NCBI GenBank assembly: GCA_905178155.1
Contig: CAJINV010000005.1
Location: 7,246,989-7,310,988 of the forward strand
Length of the DNA: 64,000 nt
Direction: 5' to 3'
Source: Amoebophrya sp. A120
Lineage: Eukaryota > Protista > Dinoflagellata
The notes beneath the pieces are model-generated. The model did no database searches. It had not been told where the DNA came from and saw only the letters and a program-made list of their open reading frames with translations. Positions 37,301 to 48,700 of the stretch are shown here, piece by piece. How positions within the stretch are numbered: the first letter of the stretch is position 1; the number at the start of each line of letters is the position of its first letter. The translations under genes and the position numbers were made by a program.

Positions 37301-39229
37301 ATGCACTGCAAAAGTATCGTACTAGAGTACAAATCGCAGTACAAATTGGCTCAGCATTACAAATTGAATTTGTAATGCGGATTTATACCTTCTAACCAAC
37401 TAGATTTGTAATGCATAACTGCGATTTTTACTACGAGCGCGATACTTTTGCACAGGATAGGTGCTCCTCGTGGTGATTTTCAACAGCGTGCTGTTAGTTA
37501 TGGAACTGTTAGGATCGAAATCGACAAAGTTGAAATGATTTGTCATGCATAAAATTGATTCCAGTTGGACCCCAGCTTCCAAGTGGCGCATGACATCAAA
37601 TTCTGGTGGTGCCTAAATCCAGTTTGTAATGCTGTTTAGGCAAAGAAGACTGACTCTCTCATGCTAGTACTTTAGCAGCTCGAGCTCTAAACCCAAACAG
37701 GCTTACAGTCGGAGCCTCACTTGCCTGCTCTGCAATGCACGTAATTCGTGTCATGCATTTTAAGCATTAAAACTTTGTCACTTTCGATCCTGACAGGTCC
37801 ATAGTAGTGATCACGGCCTACACCGTTTTCACGTCCGCCGGCCCGCCCGGCGGATCCTTTCCCCCCATGGTCGGCCCGCCCGCAGTACCAAAATGAAAAA
37901 TCTTCCCTCCCCATCCTAAGACGGAGATTTGTGTAGCATGATTTGCTACCACAAATCGTGTTGTCATGCTAGAAGGCAAAAGATGAGGACTGTAGTGCTG
38001 GCTGGCCGCGTGGGAATGCCTTACATATTCCGCATGACAGGAGGCAACTAGACAAGTGGGAAACAGCATCACAAATTTCCTGCAACTCAGGTGGCCACAA
38101 CTGCTTCTCTTGGCCTTCTAGCAAGACACAAATGAGATTTGTGTACGCAAAGAAATCCAGCATCACAAGAAATGTCCTTTTCAATATGGGGAGGGGGGAT
38201 TTTTTCTTTCGATACGCAGCTGGGATGATGGGCGGAGGCATGAAGGGCGGCATGATGGGAGGTGGAAAAGGAATGATGATGGGCATGAAAGGCGGCGGTA
38301 AGATGATGCCCCCCATGGGAGGAAAGAAGGCCATGATGATGAGCAAGAAGCTATCCTGAGGAAAAACGGCACCCCCGACACCCCAGAGAAGTAGTCAAGA
38401 TGAGGAATATTTTGCGAAGCAAATGATCAACAGGGGTCTTTGGCTGTTGCGCATGACAAGTTTCGGTCTCGTCTAGGTCAGTAGAAGTCTGTTCATGGTT
38501 GGCTACTAGTGAAGCCGCATCACAAAATATCTAGCTCCTGATCTTCCCGGTCGTGACTAGAGCATGACAAAGTCGTCCTAGACCACAGTTCGAGAAATAA
38601 ATGCTGCTCATAGCCTTGCGCTGCATGAGAAACATTTCTAGCATGCAGATTTGCATGACAACCCTGGGTGGTCTCGGGACGTTTTTACACAGGATAGACG
38701 GGCATGATGATGGGTGGCGGCATGATGGGTGGCGGCATGTATTCACAGTAAATTTCCAGTACACGTACAGATGGCGTCTATGCATGACAAAACTTGGCTT
38801 CTATCCTAGTTTAGCATGACAAATTTTACGCTCCAAATTGGTAGAATTTGTGATGCATGTTGTACATGTACGGGAAATTTGTATTGCATAGCATGATGGG
38901 AAAGTATCCAAAGGAAGAAAGCTAGCAGGTCAGCACATTTTTTCACCTTGTGATGCAAAAATACATGACAGACTGCTCAGAATGAAAAATGAAGATCAAG
39001 ATCTGTATGTGTTGTAACATTGCTGGAAAGAACTGCATGTTTGTGCTATACGCCCGGGGAGGACCCATGACAGATTTTTGGTAGTTTTTTGTGTATTTAT
39101 CTGTGCAAGTCGTGCATGACAGTTGTACAAGTACAACAGGTGTGAAGTTGTAGACCTGTGAGGTTTTTTCTGTGGGATAGCAAGAAGGGCATGATGATGG
39201 GAAAAGGAAAGCCCGGGATGAAGTGGTAG
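25302..39229 (+). CDS. Large multi-exon Cys-rich single-pass membrane or surface protein with GCC2_GCC3/ephrin-receptor-like repeats; start uncertain
   Basis: Hydrophobic N-terminal stretch; exons with CHPGF, CSAGF, CKACPAGTYQP and CIPCPPGSYGPREGQAAC; Thr tracts; TM segment AVAMVVLLVVIFNSVL; M/G/K-rich tail ending KGKPGMKW* (TAG 39227-39229). Confidence 0.7.
26136..26371. mobile_element. Introner, family B
   Basis: TATAAATTGCAAAAGTATCG...TGCACAGGATA. Confidence 0.8.
30500..30756. mobile_element. Introner, family A
   Basis: Terminal IR; AGGCG/AAGCG flanks. Confidence 0.85.
31269..31530. mobile_element. Introner, family A
   Basis: Terminal IR; AGCCA duplicated. Confidence 0.9.
31929..32206. 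mobile_element. Introner, family A (diverged)
   Basis: TACGCATTGCAAATATGTTTGGGTCT...AGACTCAGACATGTTTGCAATTGATA. Confidence 0.75.
33740..34010. mobile_element. Introner, family A
   Basis: Terminal IR; CCAC duplicated. Confidence 0.85.
34126..34280. mobile_element. Introner, family B
   Basis: Terminal IR; CCTAC duplicated. Confidence 0.9.
35004..35179. mobile_element. Introner, family B (diverged)
   Basis: TATGCTCTGCAAAAGTATCGC...GCGATACTTTTGCAATGCATG. Confidence 0.8.
35245..35356. mobile_element. Introner, family C
   Basis: Terminal IR; GCGCA duplicated. Confidence 0.9.
35447..35722. mobile_element. Introner, family D (TATCCTG..AAAAACGTCCCC)
   Basis: Terminal IR; TACCT duplicated. Confidence 0.85.
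35781..35935. mobile_element. Introner, family B
   Basis: TATCCTGTGCCAAAGTATCG...GTACTTTTGCAATGCATA. Confidence 0.85.
36005..36269. mobile_element. Introner, family A
   Basis: Terminal IR; GCGGG duplicated. Confidence 0.9.
36346..36634. mobile_element. Introner, family D
   Basis: Internal homology to 35447-35722; ATGC duplicated. Confidence 0.8.
36754..37033. mobile_element. Introner, family A
   Basis: Terminal IR; CATGC duplicated. Confidence 0.9.
37300..37459. mobile_element. Introner, family B
   Basis: Terminal IR; GGTGC duplicated. Confidence 0.9.
37499..37803. mobile_element. Introner, family E (TATGGAA..GTCAGGATCGAAAT)
   Basis: Terminal IR; homologous to 47957-48266 and 54328-54637. 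Confidence 0.85.
38352..38696. mobile_element. Introner, family D
   Basis: TATCCTGAGGAAAAACG...CGTTTTTACACAGGATA. Confidence 0.8.
38740..39179. mobile_element. Long diverged introner
   Basis: TATTCACAG...CTGTGGGATA with many GCATGACA motifs, between M/G-rich exons. Confidence 0.7.
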
Positions 39230-41661
39230 CAAAGAAAAGAAAGTGGAATAAGTAAGTAACCCCTCTAGCGCCGCAACTACTCCGTGATGTAGATTTGTTT
39301 TTATGACAGCAGCCTAAAATAAACGTTTTCAGCGCCCACTGACTTGTGATGTTGCAACTACCCGCCGTACTAGATGCGTTCCTCTGTGGTCTCTTCCACG
39401 CCCTCTGTGGGCCGCGAGGAGGGACGAGTTGGGAGTGCTGGGAACAAGCTTTTTTTGAGGTGTGTGGTTTATAGTTGTTCTAGTATTAAAAAAAAAACAA
39501 GCTTTTTCAAGATGTCACCATTGTTTCTAATTCTATGTACCGACTTGCTTTTTTGAAAATTTTCATGGATCTCGATCAACTAACAACACGAAAAAGCCAC
39601 GGGTTTTTATTTCATAATTTCATACTAAACACTAACACATTTTTCTGAAGTCTGCTTTACACATAATTTTCTTTTTTCTGAAACGAAGCACAAGTAGCAA
39701 AAAAATTTTATTTCTGTACTTTAAACACTATCCGCATCAGCATCTTCTGGATCTTCTTTTTTCGTTTTAAAGCTAAACAAGAATGCACGACGTTACGCAA
39801 AAGCACTTTCGCGACTACTCTGATCAACATACACAAAATCTTCTGAAGCCGTTCTTTCCGTTCAACGTTTTTATCGCACCGTTTTAGTGCTATGCATTTT
39901 CATTTTGAACAACTCAGTATTTTGATTTTTTTTTGCTACGCATTTTTATTTTGAACATATCGCAGTACTTTACGTCTTTTTTTTGAATAACATTACATCA
40001 CGCAAGAGCACAATTGTTTTTTCGACTTTTCATTTTTCGATTTCGTTCTTCCCCCCACACGCAGCTTATATCAATCCATGGATCGACCCCGCCAATAGCA
40101 ATAAAATACCGCTTTCTAAGAAGACAAAAAAATGGTAACCCCGATAAAAAAAAAATCAGGCTCGCCCCCACCTAAAGTCAGCTCCGCAAATGCCTTTCGC
40201 GATCGGAACCACCAGCACGACGTTTTTCTACCGTACTAGTGGCAGTAGTTCCCCTACTCTAGTAGTACTTCTAGAACGTTTACGCCGGTGCAACCAGAAG
40301 TAGAAATAAATTGTTCGCTTTGTTCCTTTCGGTATCTTTAAAGTCGAAGAAAAACAAATACCCGATGTGGAGGACGTCACCAACAAGTTCATGGAGCACC
40401 CCTCCACGAATTTTTTATTCAACACCTTCACACTTTTGTTTCATTTCACTCGTCACAGGCTTGATTTCCAAGTTTCAGCCACTCACTAGCAGCTGTTATT
40501 TAATATTCGCTTGATTGGACAAGATGAAACAGAAGATATACGTTGAAGCTGGCTGAACTCTGAATCTGCTGCATGAAATGAAATCCGGGGCTATTTCTGC
40601 AGCAGGACGACGACTGGACGAGCAGTTCTAGTTACGAGAGGAATAAAACTGCCGCGCTCGTCCTCTCCTGATGGTGCGCATCATCAAGTGTTGATCACGA
40701 TGTGCTGCTCACAGACGAGGTGAGTTTTCGCTTTCACGCCACATTTTCATTTTGATATAGACCGCACCACTGCTGTAGTTCAGATTCAGAACGAAGCGAA
40801 TTCACCACTCGACGACGCAAAAAGTAAAAGGCCAAGCGGAACACGCTGTCTCTGTTGTACCCCACTCCCCGCCCAAGAAAGAAATAAGTATTAGTAACGT
40901 ATAATAGCAGGTATTGAAATAAAGAGTTTTCGGAAATGAAAACACAAAAAAAATAATTACTCGACAAGCTCAGGCTGAGCTGACCCCCGCTGCGACAAGG
41001 AACAAGCCGCGGCGTAGGGAACTAGTACCTTGTTGTGGTCGTATGTTCGCCCAGGATGGCAGTTCACCTCGACGTGAAGTAGCTTCCACCAGCCCGCGTC
41101 GTGTTTTTACTCGGTTTCTTCAGAAGTTTCTCGGTCAGTATTGTTTCCGAAGCAAGTATATGTCGCGGAACATCAGGGCGGATGAGTCGGTACATCTACA
41201 ACATGATTTGAACATCGTTTTATTATCCTCGTGGTATCGGTTTCGTGTTGCGTTCTCAATCTCATCCTTGCGAACTGCAACTCCTACATCGGTAGTTCTT
41301 TTGCCGTGCACATGACGTTTGCGGAGAATCTCCGTTGTACTTCTCGTCCTTACTGTACTGCTTCTACGTACAAAAACCAAAACCTACGGTTGTCGTCGTT
41401 GTGCTTGTTACGTGCTTGCTGGACGAACAAGTCCATTTTTTCGTTTAAGTTATACTCACCGCTGGCCCGCAGCCCGTGGCAGTCGTTCATGCTTATTATC
41501 GTGCTATGAGGAAGAAAAGCGTCGAAGAAAGTTTGCAGTCATTATCAGCAGTAGCTGCAGCTTGTTTTCCAGGTCCTTTCGTGGTAGTTGTCTTCCTCCA
41601 GAAGTAGATTTTGATTTGATCATAAGAATTCATCAAGCAAAAGCCACATAAAAAAACATAA

Positions 41662-42813
41662 GAAGGGGGTCACAAAATGTCCGCTTAGGTCCTCAGGGGA
41701 CCTTCGACCCACCCAGCTGGGTGGGCCTAAGGTCCCCTGCCCAAAAAATTAAGTTATGAATCCGCCACAGCTCGCGTCCGCCCGTTTCAGTTTTCTGGCG
41801 TCCGCGGTGGACGCCACGCCGTCCGCCCGCTTCATAAGTTACAACAGGGCAACGAGGAGCCTAGACATGCCCGGGGGTGTCATGTCCGTCCGTCCGGCCG
41901 GACGGCACGGGACCGGGGGCATTCCTGCCTCGGGGCGATTTCGGCGCTGAATGCAGCAGCAGCTGCGGCCCTCGGTTAAGCAGCGTTGGCCTTCCCTTGC
42001 GCCGCTGCAGTAGCAGCTATGTACAGAGAGGGGCTACTTTCTTAAAAAACAAAATCCCCCCAGACTGGATCAATGTGCAGAGCCGCCGGAGAAAGACAGC
42101 CAACGGCCTAGCGTATGATTTTTTTCTTAGTTGTTGGAAGCTCGGGTTAAAAGCTCGCGACACCGGGGGCAGACCAGGGGAGGGAGTCGTCCCTTTTTCC
42201 GTGAAGGGCCGAACTCATGACCTTGCTTTTTTGGTTGGGCGCGGGCGCCCGAGCTAGCTGGTACCGGTATCGGTGCGGTTATTCCGGTCGTGATTCGCCG
42301 GGGGTTGCGCCGTGTGTTGTAACAGTAGGCCGACACCACCAGAGCATCGACGCTAGCCTGCGCCGCGTTGGCCATAAAAAAAAACCCTTGAACCCTAAAT
42401 CGGAAACATCGACTCGCATGCCTATAGGGGTAAACCCTAAACCCTTTGCGATCGGACGCCCGCATGGACTACTTCCACGAGCTAGCTGACGGCTCCGGCT
42501 GCGTGACCGGGCCCGGAGGGGAGCGTGGGCAAGAGAGGCGTTGCTCCAGTGCAGTGCAACGCCCATGACCTTTTTTTCTTCGTTGCTCGGGTGCGCGCAG
42601 CGCGCTTCCCGGCGGCCACCACCTCCGACCGCCACGACCCATTGCCCCCCGGTCGCGTGCCATCCGGCCGGCCGGCCGGACGTGACCCGCCCGGTCACGT
42701 CTAGGCTCCTTGTTATCTTGTAATAATTTTTAGGGCAGGGGACCTAAGGCCCACCCACCTGGGTGGGTCGAAGGTCCCCTGAGGACCTAAGCGGACATTT
42801 TGTGACCCTCTTC
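41662..42813. mobile_element. Non-autonomous TIR element (1152 bp) with TAA target-site duplication
   Basis: ~90 bp near-perfect TIRs GAAG(G/A)GGGTCACAAAATGTCCGCTTAGGTCCTCAGGGGACC..., extending imperfectly to ~170 bp; TAA at 41659-41661 and 42814-42816; no credible ORF. Confidence 0.9.
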
Positions 42814-42895
42814 TAATTCCCTCGTAGTGTTTGTGCTTTATTATTCTAAGGCAGCATTCCTCCCTGTGCTAGGAACTAGGTAAACAAATAGGAGA

Positions 42896-43891
42896 ATGAT
42901 CGTCGGGCTGATGCCGCGACAAGACGAGAACAACATGTCGGTATCAAACCTGAGCAGGAAGCCCGCAGCGTGCAGTTGCAGTTCTCAGCACTATCGACAT
43001 CCACCGAGATTTGCTACAACAACCTCAAAAATCAGTGCTAGAGCTAGTCTTTTACTTCTGCCATCATGTTTTTACAACAACCCGCTGGCTTCTCTCCTCC
43101 CCCTCGTAGTTTCCTTTACGCAGGAGCAGCCAATTTCGTTGTTCAGTCACCAAGGAACATCAAGCGCGACGAGTTTTTTCGTGTCCGGGGCTGAAGTGGT
43201 GCGCGGCGGGACAACATCAAGAAGTCGAAGAGCAAAAACTCCTTCCACCTCGCACAAAACCTTCTTCCACGCCGAAGACGGTGGTGCGCAGCGGGTCGCT
43301 CACAAACACCTCGGCCGCGCCGACCACAAGGAGAACTACCCGCAAAGCAGGAGCAACATGGAGGACACAACTTCTAAAACAGCCACAGGCCTCCCAACAC
43401 CTTCTGCTCCAGCTGCTTTCTTGTTCGCCTCTCGAGCTACCGCGTCTTCTTTCGCCGCAAAGCGAAGTACGTCGACGCTGGCGCTGGGGACTGCGTTGGA
43501 CCAGCACAACAAGGCTGGGGAGGGCAAGAAGCAGAAACTGCACGGGCAAGCGACTTTGATGTTTCAGCATCCGGAAAACGCCGAGAAGCAAGACCAAGAG
43601 CACCAAGCTCACGCTGAGGCCGCAAGTTCCTCGTCCTCGAAAGCGAAAGTTGAGGCCGCGGTCTCCTCGGAGAAGGTGAAGGTCACCACGACCTCCGGTC
43701 GCGTTACGAGCAAGGCCATGCTGGCCACTTCCTCGAAAGATGCGATTGAAGACGCCGTCGGCGACAGCGCCATCAGCTTCAACACCGGGGGCGAGACAAC
43801 GACCTTCAAGCTCAAGGACATACCGTGGTGGGGTTGGGCTATCGTTTGCTTCGTGCTTGTGGCGATCATAGTCGGCATACGAAAGAAGTGA
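42896..43891 (+). CDS. Hypothetical Ser/Thr/Ala-rich protein with C-terminal transmembrane anchor
   Basis: 331 aa ORF, GC3-rich in its 3' half, ending IPWWGWAIVCFVLVAIIVGIRKK*; start uncertain. Confidence 0.7.
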   Translation: MIVGLMPRQDENNMSVSNLSRKPAACSCSSQHYRHPPRFATTTSKISARASLLLLPSCFYNNPLASLLPLVVSFTQEQPISLFSHQGTSSATSFFVSGAEVVRGGTTSRSRRAKTPSTSHKTFFHAEDGGAQRVAHKHLGRADHKENYPQSRSNMEDTTSKTATGLPTPSAPAAFLFASRATASSFAAKRSTSTLALGTALDQHNKAGEGKKQKLHGQATLMFQHPENAEKQDQEHQAHAEAASSSSSKAKVEAAVSSEKVKVTTTSGRVTSKAMLATSSKDAIEDAVGDSAISFNTGGETTTFKLKDIPWWGWAIVCFVLVAIIVGIRKK

Positions 43892-45789
43892 ACAACTCGT
43901 CGTGCTCTCCTCGCACAGGCTCCCCACCGTGATTTGACATGTTGACGATGGCCATTTGCAGCAACAGAAGAAAGCACTAGCACCTCGAAAATCTGAGTTT
44001 TTTTTCTTGAGACGGTTGTTTCCAGCGCATGAGACAGAAAAATCGCACTTCTGAAAATCTCTCGATCCATGTTGCCGTGACGCTACTGTTTGGGCCTTCT
44101 TCATCCTGTCCGGAAATGGTCATTGAACAAATGGTGCTATGTCGAGAGTAAATAGGCAGAGCTCAGGTCTGACACGTTGACTTGGTCATTTCATCGCACG
44201 TTGTGGTGCTGTGCCTGCGTAGTACACTACGAGTTTTTGTTTTTCACTTTCATACGGCATCATCGTTTGCATCGTCAGGTGCTGCTGCCCACCTGCGCCG
44301 AAAATGGAGCTCGTCGAGGTTCGATCATGATCGAGATGAAGGAGGTGACGCAAGAGAAGTCTGCGTGAAGAAAAATCTTTATTGCGAGTTCTCTATCACT
44401 ATCTAAGTAGAAGGACATAACTCAATGCAGCCCGACGTCGAGAGCAGGAGGTGAAGTAGACGAAGCTGCAAGAACGAACACGATAAAGATCCGGAGTCCT
44501 TCCGCTTTAAGATCTTTTTCAGCGCGATACTAAAAAGCAGTTAGATTTTTCATTCCCCCCCCATTTTCTGATCGATCATGTTCCGTGCGTTTTTCTTCTT
44601 TACCCAAACAGTTTTCTTTTCCCAATTCACAACATGACACGACCTGCAAAATGAAAATGTTGTTGTGCGGTTTTTTCTCATATAATGTACGTATTTTCCC
44701 AACTACTTATAACAAACCAGCATTTCACCGAGTTTTCGTTGCGATGAATCTTATCCGTCCTCTCCCAGTACATTGGAAGGAAATTTTTCACGATGCTTTA
44801 CCGTTGAAAACTTCCTCCGTCGCAACACCAAGAAAAAAACCAAAAAAAATTCTGAGACAGTCGCGGCCACTTACATGTTAATGGAATCGACATCCCACGA
44901 CGAAAAACGGGTAGCATGAGAATGACGAACCCCTCGTCGTGCGTGCCGCCGTGGCTTTCTCGATCACGCCGAAGAAAATTATATATCTGTTCACTCTCAG
45001 TTGCAGCAGGAGAGAGAAGTACCTCTGCGAGCAGAGCGTTCGAGGCACGCTAACTTGCTTTCCACGAACCAAAACACGAAAGATCAGCACAATCGTATTC
45101 CAATCGGTCTTCCCTTTCGTGTCCCTTCATCTAGTGGTAAGGCTAGTTGGAAGTGGAGGCATTCATTACTTCTAGAAGGAGCCAGGAACAACGCAACCTC
45201 CTCTATAGCGGGAGCTGTGTTGGTGGATTTACCAAGACGTAGATCCTCCAATTGGCTATGATCGTCCAGCATTCCACTACTGTGGTCTTAGGCTCTACAA
45301 CTCTAAACTTGTGTGCGTGTATGTGTCGTGATGATTGGGATTGTCTTACTTCCAATTTCTAGCCCTGTTCTTTTTCTTGATCTTCTTGATGATCCAATTT
45401 TTTTAGCGGTCGTAGTGTCATTCTTTTTTCCAGATTTCGTTCCGAAGCCGATCTAATGCCAGCAACCATTGTTCCGTACCTCTACCTGTGCGTGTGCTGC
45501 TGCCGTAATTATAAATAAATTTAGGACTTATTGACTTGTAGAAGTTGTATCGTAACAAAATGAATAAATGAAGATGTTTTTATGTCATTTCTTATTCTAC
45601 TTGGAATCGCACACGATTTCAATGCCCATTGTTTTTCGATAAGAAATGGGAAATGCAGGATTCTCGCAGAAGCAGGATGGCCTTGCTTTTTTAAGATCTC
45701 CAAGGCCCCCGCTTTAGTATGCCATTCTTGAATTACGTCGTTGATGCCGTTCTCCTCCCCACAAGACGGATGTAGTGACAACTACGAAG

Positions 45790-48700
45790 ATGGTTAACAA
45801 AAATAATGATCCAGGCAACAACATGTCGCCGTCTGCGGCGCTGCACGGTTTTTCTCCCGGCGGAGGGAGGACGAAAAATAGCAGGATGGATGTGCTGAAA
45901 TTTCTGTATCGACGCGGCAAGAGCAGGCATTGGAGCGCCGGAGCTGCAGGAGATTGCTCTATTTCACACGATGCTGCAAATCCAAATGCAAAACTCGTCA
46001 ATCCACCCAGGAAGACGTCGAGATGTTGGAGAGAGAGAACCCGGCTGCACTCGGTAAGTAGAGCCGCTTTATTTCTACTGCTCCTACTACTGCAGCTGAC
46101 ACTTGAGATAATTCTCGGCGATTTGTTCCTGCTTGGATCTTGTGCAGGACAGCAGCCGGCGCATCCTAGCGCTGGGCAAGGAACAAGTGGTGCGAAGACG
46201 AGTGCAACTGCTAGGCCTGCGTCAGTACACAAAAATGTGAATCTTCCCGCTCCCCGCGGCCCTAGCTCCGAGAACATTCGAGAAGACTTGATTTTGAACC
46301 CCGCCAAACAGACACAGTATCACCCGGATATCGAGAACGACCTATCAAATGCGAATATGTCTGGGTCTGGAAAATTGTCGTGCTGTTTTTGCATGACACA
46401 GAAGGTCTGTCCTGGACGCCCTAGCATTACAGGTTTTGACAAGCTTCCGCATTTTTGCATAATCCGCATGACAAATGCCGCATTTTGGTGACAGGAAGTG
46501 GGCATCTGTTGCTGCCTATGCATGAGAGATTTGCGCGTGTCGTGAAATGTGCATCACAAGTTCGCATCCTTCCAGACCCAAACATTTTTGCATTTGATAC
46601 AGCCCCTTCCCCGACCACGACTGCCGGCGTGTGGAAAACCCCGTTATGCATTGCAAATATGTGGTCTGGGTCTGGAAGGATGCAACTTGTGATGCTGGAT
46701 TTGGATTCTAGATATATCTGTGTTGCATGAATAGCAAAAGAGGTCCAGTTTTTGCCACGGTGAGAGGGCATTTCTCATGCGGTATAGGCATCAGAAAGAC
46801 CTGACAAAATCAGTGATGCTAGGGCATGCATCACAGACAGCAGGAGTCCTGCAAAATGTGCATGACAAGTCTGTGTGTAAGTCTTCCAACCTTCCAAACC
46901 CAGACATAGTTGCACTTGATACCCGTTATCGATTGGCAAAGGCTCCGCACGGTCTTCAAGATTGGGTGTCCGGCGACCAAATATACTTACACCTTGCAAT
47001 GCTCCACCATGGTCACCAATTGGGCGGCGGGGCTGGCCTTTTTGGAGGACTGGACTGATTTCCCCGTGCAGAAAGTATGCATTGCAGAAATGTCTGGGTC
47101 TGAAAGAATGCAGGACTTGTCTTGCTTGTCTGGTATGACTCTTGGATCTGTGATGCGTAAGCAGGACCGGGGCCTCCTGCCTGGCATGCAAAAACGCAGT
47201 TTGCCATGCGGAAAACGAAGCACATGATGGCACGTGCAAAAACTTGTCATGCTTGGCTGCGTATTGTAGTTGTTCGCCCATCATTCACAGACTTGCATCA
47301 CAAGTTTCCAGACCCAGACACTTTTGCAATTGATAGAAAGGCCGCAAGCACGACCGCGTCCGAAAAAAGGCGGTGGAGCAGTGCTATATCCTGTAGAAAA
47401 ACGTCCCTCCCACGACAGAGGCCGAGTTGTCGTGCAGATTTGCAATTGCAGGTGCAGGAACTACGCTTCTATTAATCCGCACCCCGAACAAGGGAGGCAC
47501 TCCCAGCCGTTTTTTTTGAATTTGTAATGCTGCAAATAGGACCAGGAGATGGCTTTGTGATGCGGCTGCCCTCGCTAGTAGTAACCTGCAGTACAATACA
47601 GCGAAAGACAGAAACTTGCCATGAGTGACTTCTCCCAAAGTGTCTGGACTTGTGTTGCAGAGATCCCAACTCGAGGACTAGGGGATGGGGACATTTTTCC
47701 ACAGGATACGCTACTTGGGCTACCTCACCTTGATGATCGTTCGCCTCATGCAGTGCATGCTCAAAGAACAGATGGGTGATTGCTACCTTCCGTATCCAGA
47801 AAAAAACAATCATCTTCCCCAGCATCCCTTTTATGCATGACAAACACAGGATTTCATACGTGTTTTGCATGACAAACTGGATAGCAGATAGTTGCTTTTT
47901 TATGGATATGCCGTACTCGGTACACGTGCGGGAGCTTATACGCGGCGTGAATTTCATATGGAAGCGTCAGGATCGAAATTGACAAAGTTGAAAAAACTTG
48001 TGATGCATAAAATGCTAGACGCAAAGTGCCGGTCTTGCAGAGCAGGCAACTGAGGCCGATTATAAGCCTGTTTGGGGTGTGGGATAGAGCTGCTAAAACA
48101 GCATTACAAAAGCAGTCTTCTCTGCTCAAACAGCTGCATGACAAATTGGATTTCCATGCTGCCAAAATTTGTCATGCGCCACTTGCAAACTGGGCTCCAG
48201 CTGGTATCGCTTTTTTGCATTACAGATTATTTCAACTTGCACGATTTCGATCCCGACACTTCCATACTTCAAGGTTTTTCTCGGCACGGACTGGCCAGTG
48301 TTTGCGCTGCTCAACATATCCCACGAAAAAACTGTTTCACTGTGAACTTGTGATGCAGAAAATGCATCACTGAAGTGTTTGTCTTGCTACACATGCAAGG
48401 CAAGTGATTTTTAGCAGTGTTTTCCCTTAGGATCGTTGCATGGCAAGTTTTCCCTTTAATGTGTAGCGAACTTGTAATGCAAAACTTGCAAAATCCTTAC
48501 AGTGAAATAGTTTTTTCTTGTGATACAACACGGCTCCATTCTACAACTGGCCAAGCTACGACAAGGAAAACTTGGATTTCGATTGTGACAAAAAATCCAA
48601 AAGTATGAAAGTGCACAACCTCGTCCCCCACCACTTATGTAGAGCATCAACAGCATTACAAACACCAGTACAGGTGGACGCTGTGCATGACAAGTTTTTT

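Noticed and set aside
39300-41600. Short ORFs in the AT-rich intergenic region
   Set aside because: No codon bias, motifs or introner-bounded exons.
21485-42445. TAAACCCT units (21486, 42431) as telomeric repeats
   Set aside because: There are only one or two units, and they are internal to the TIR element.
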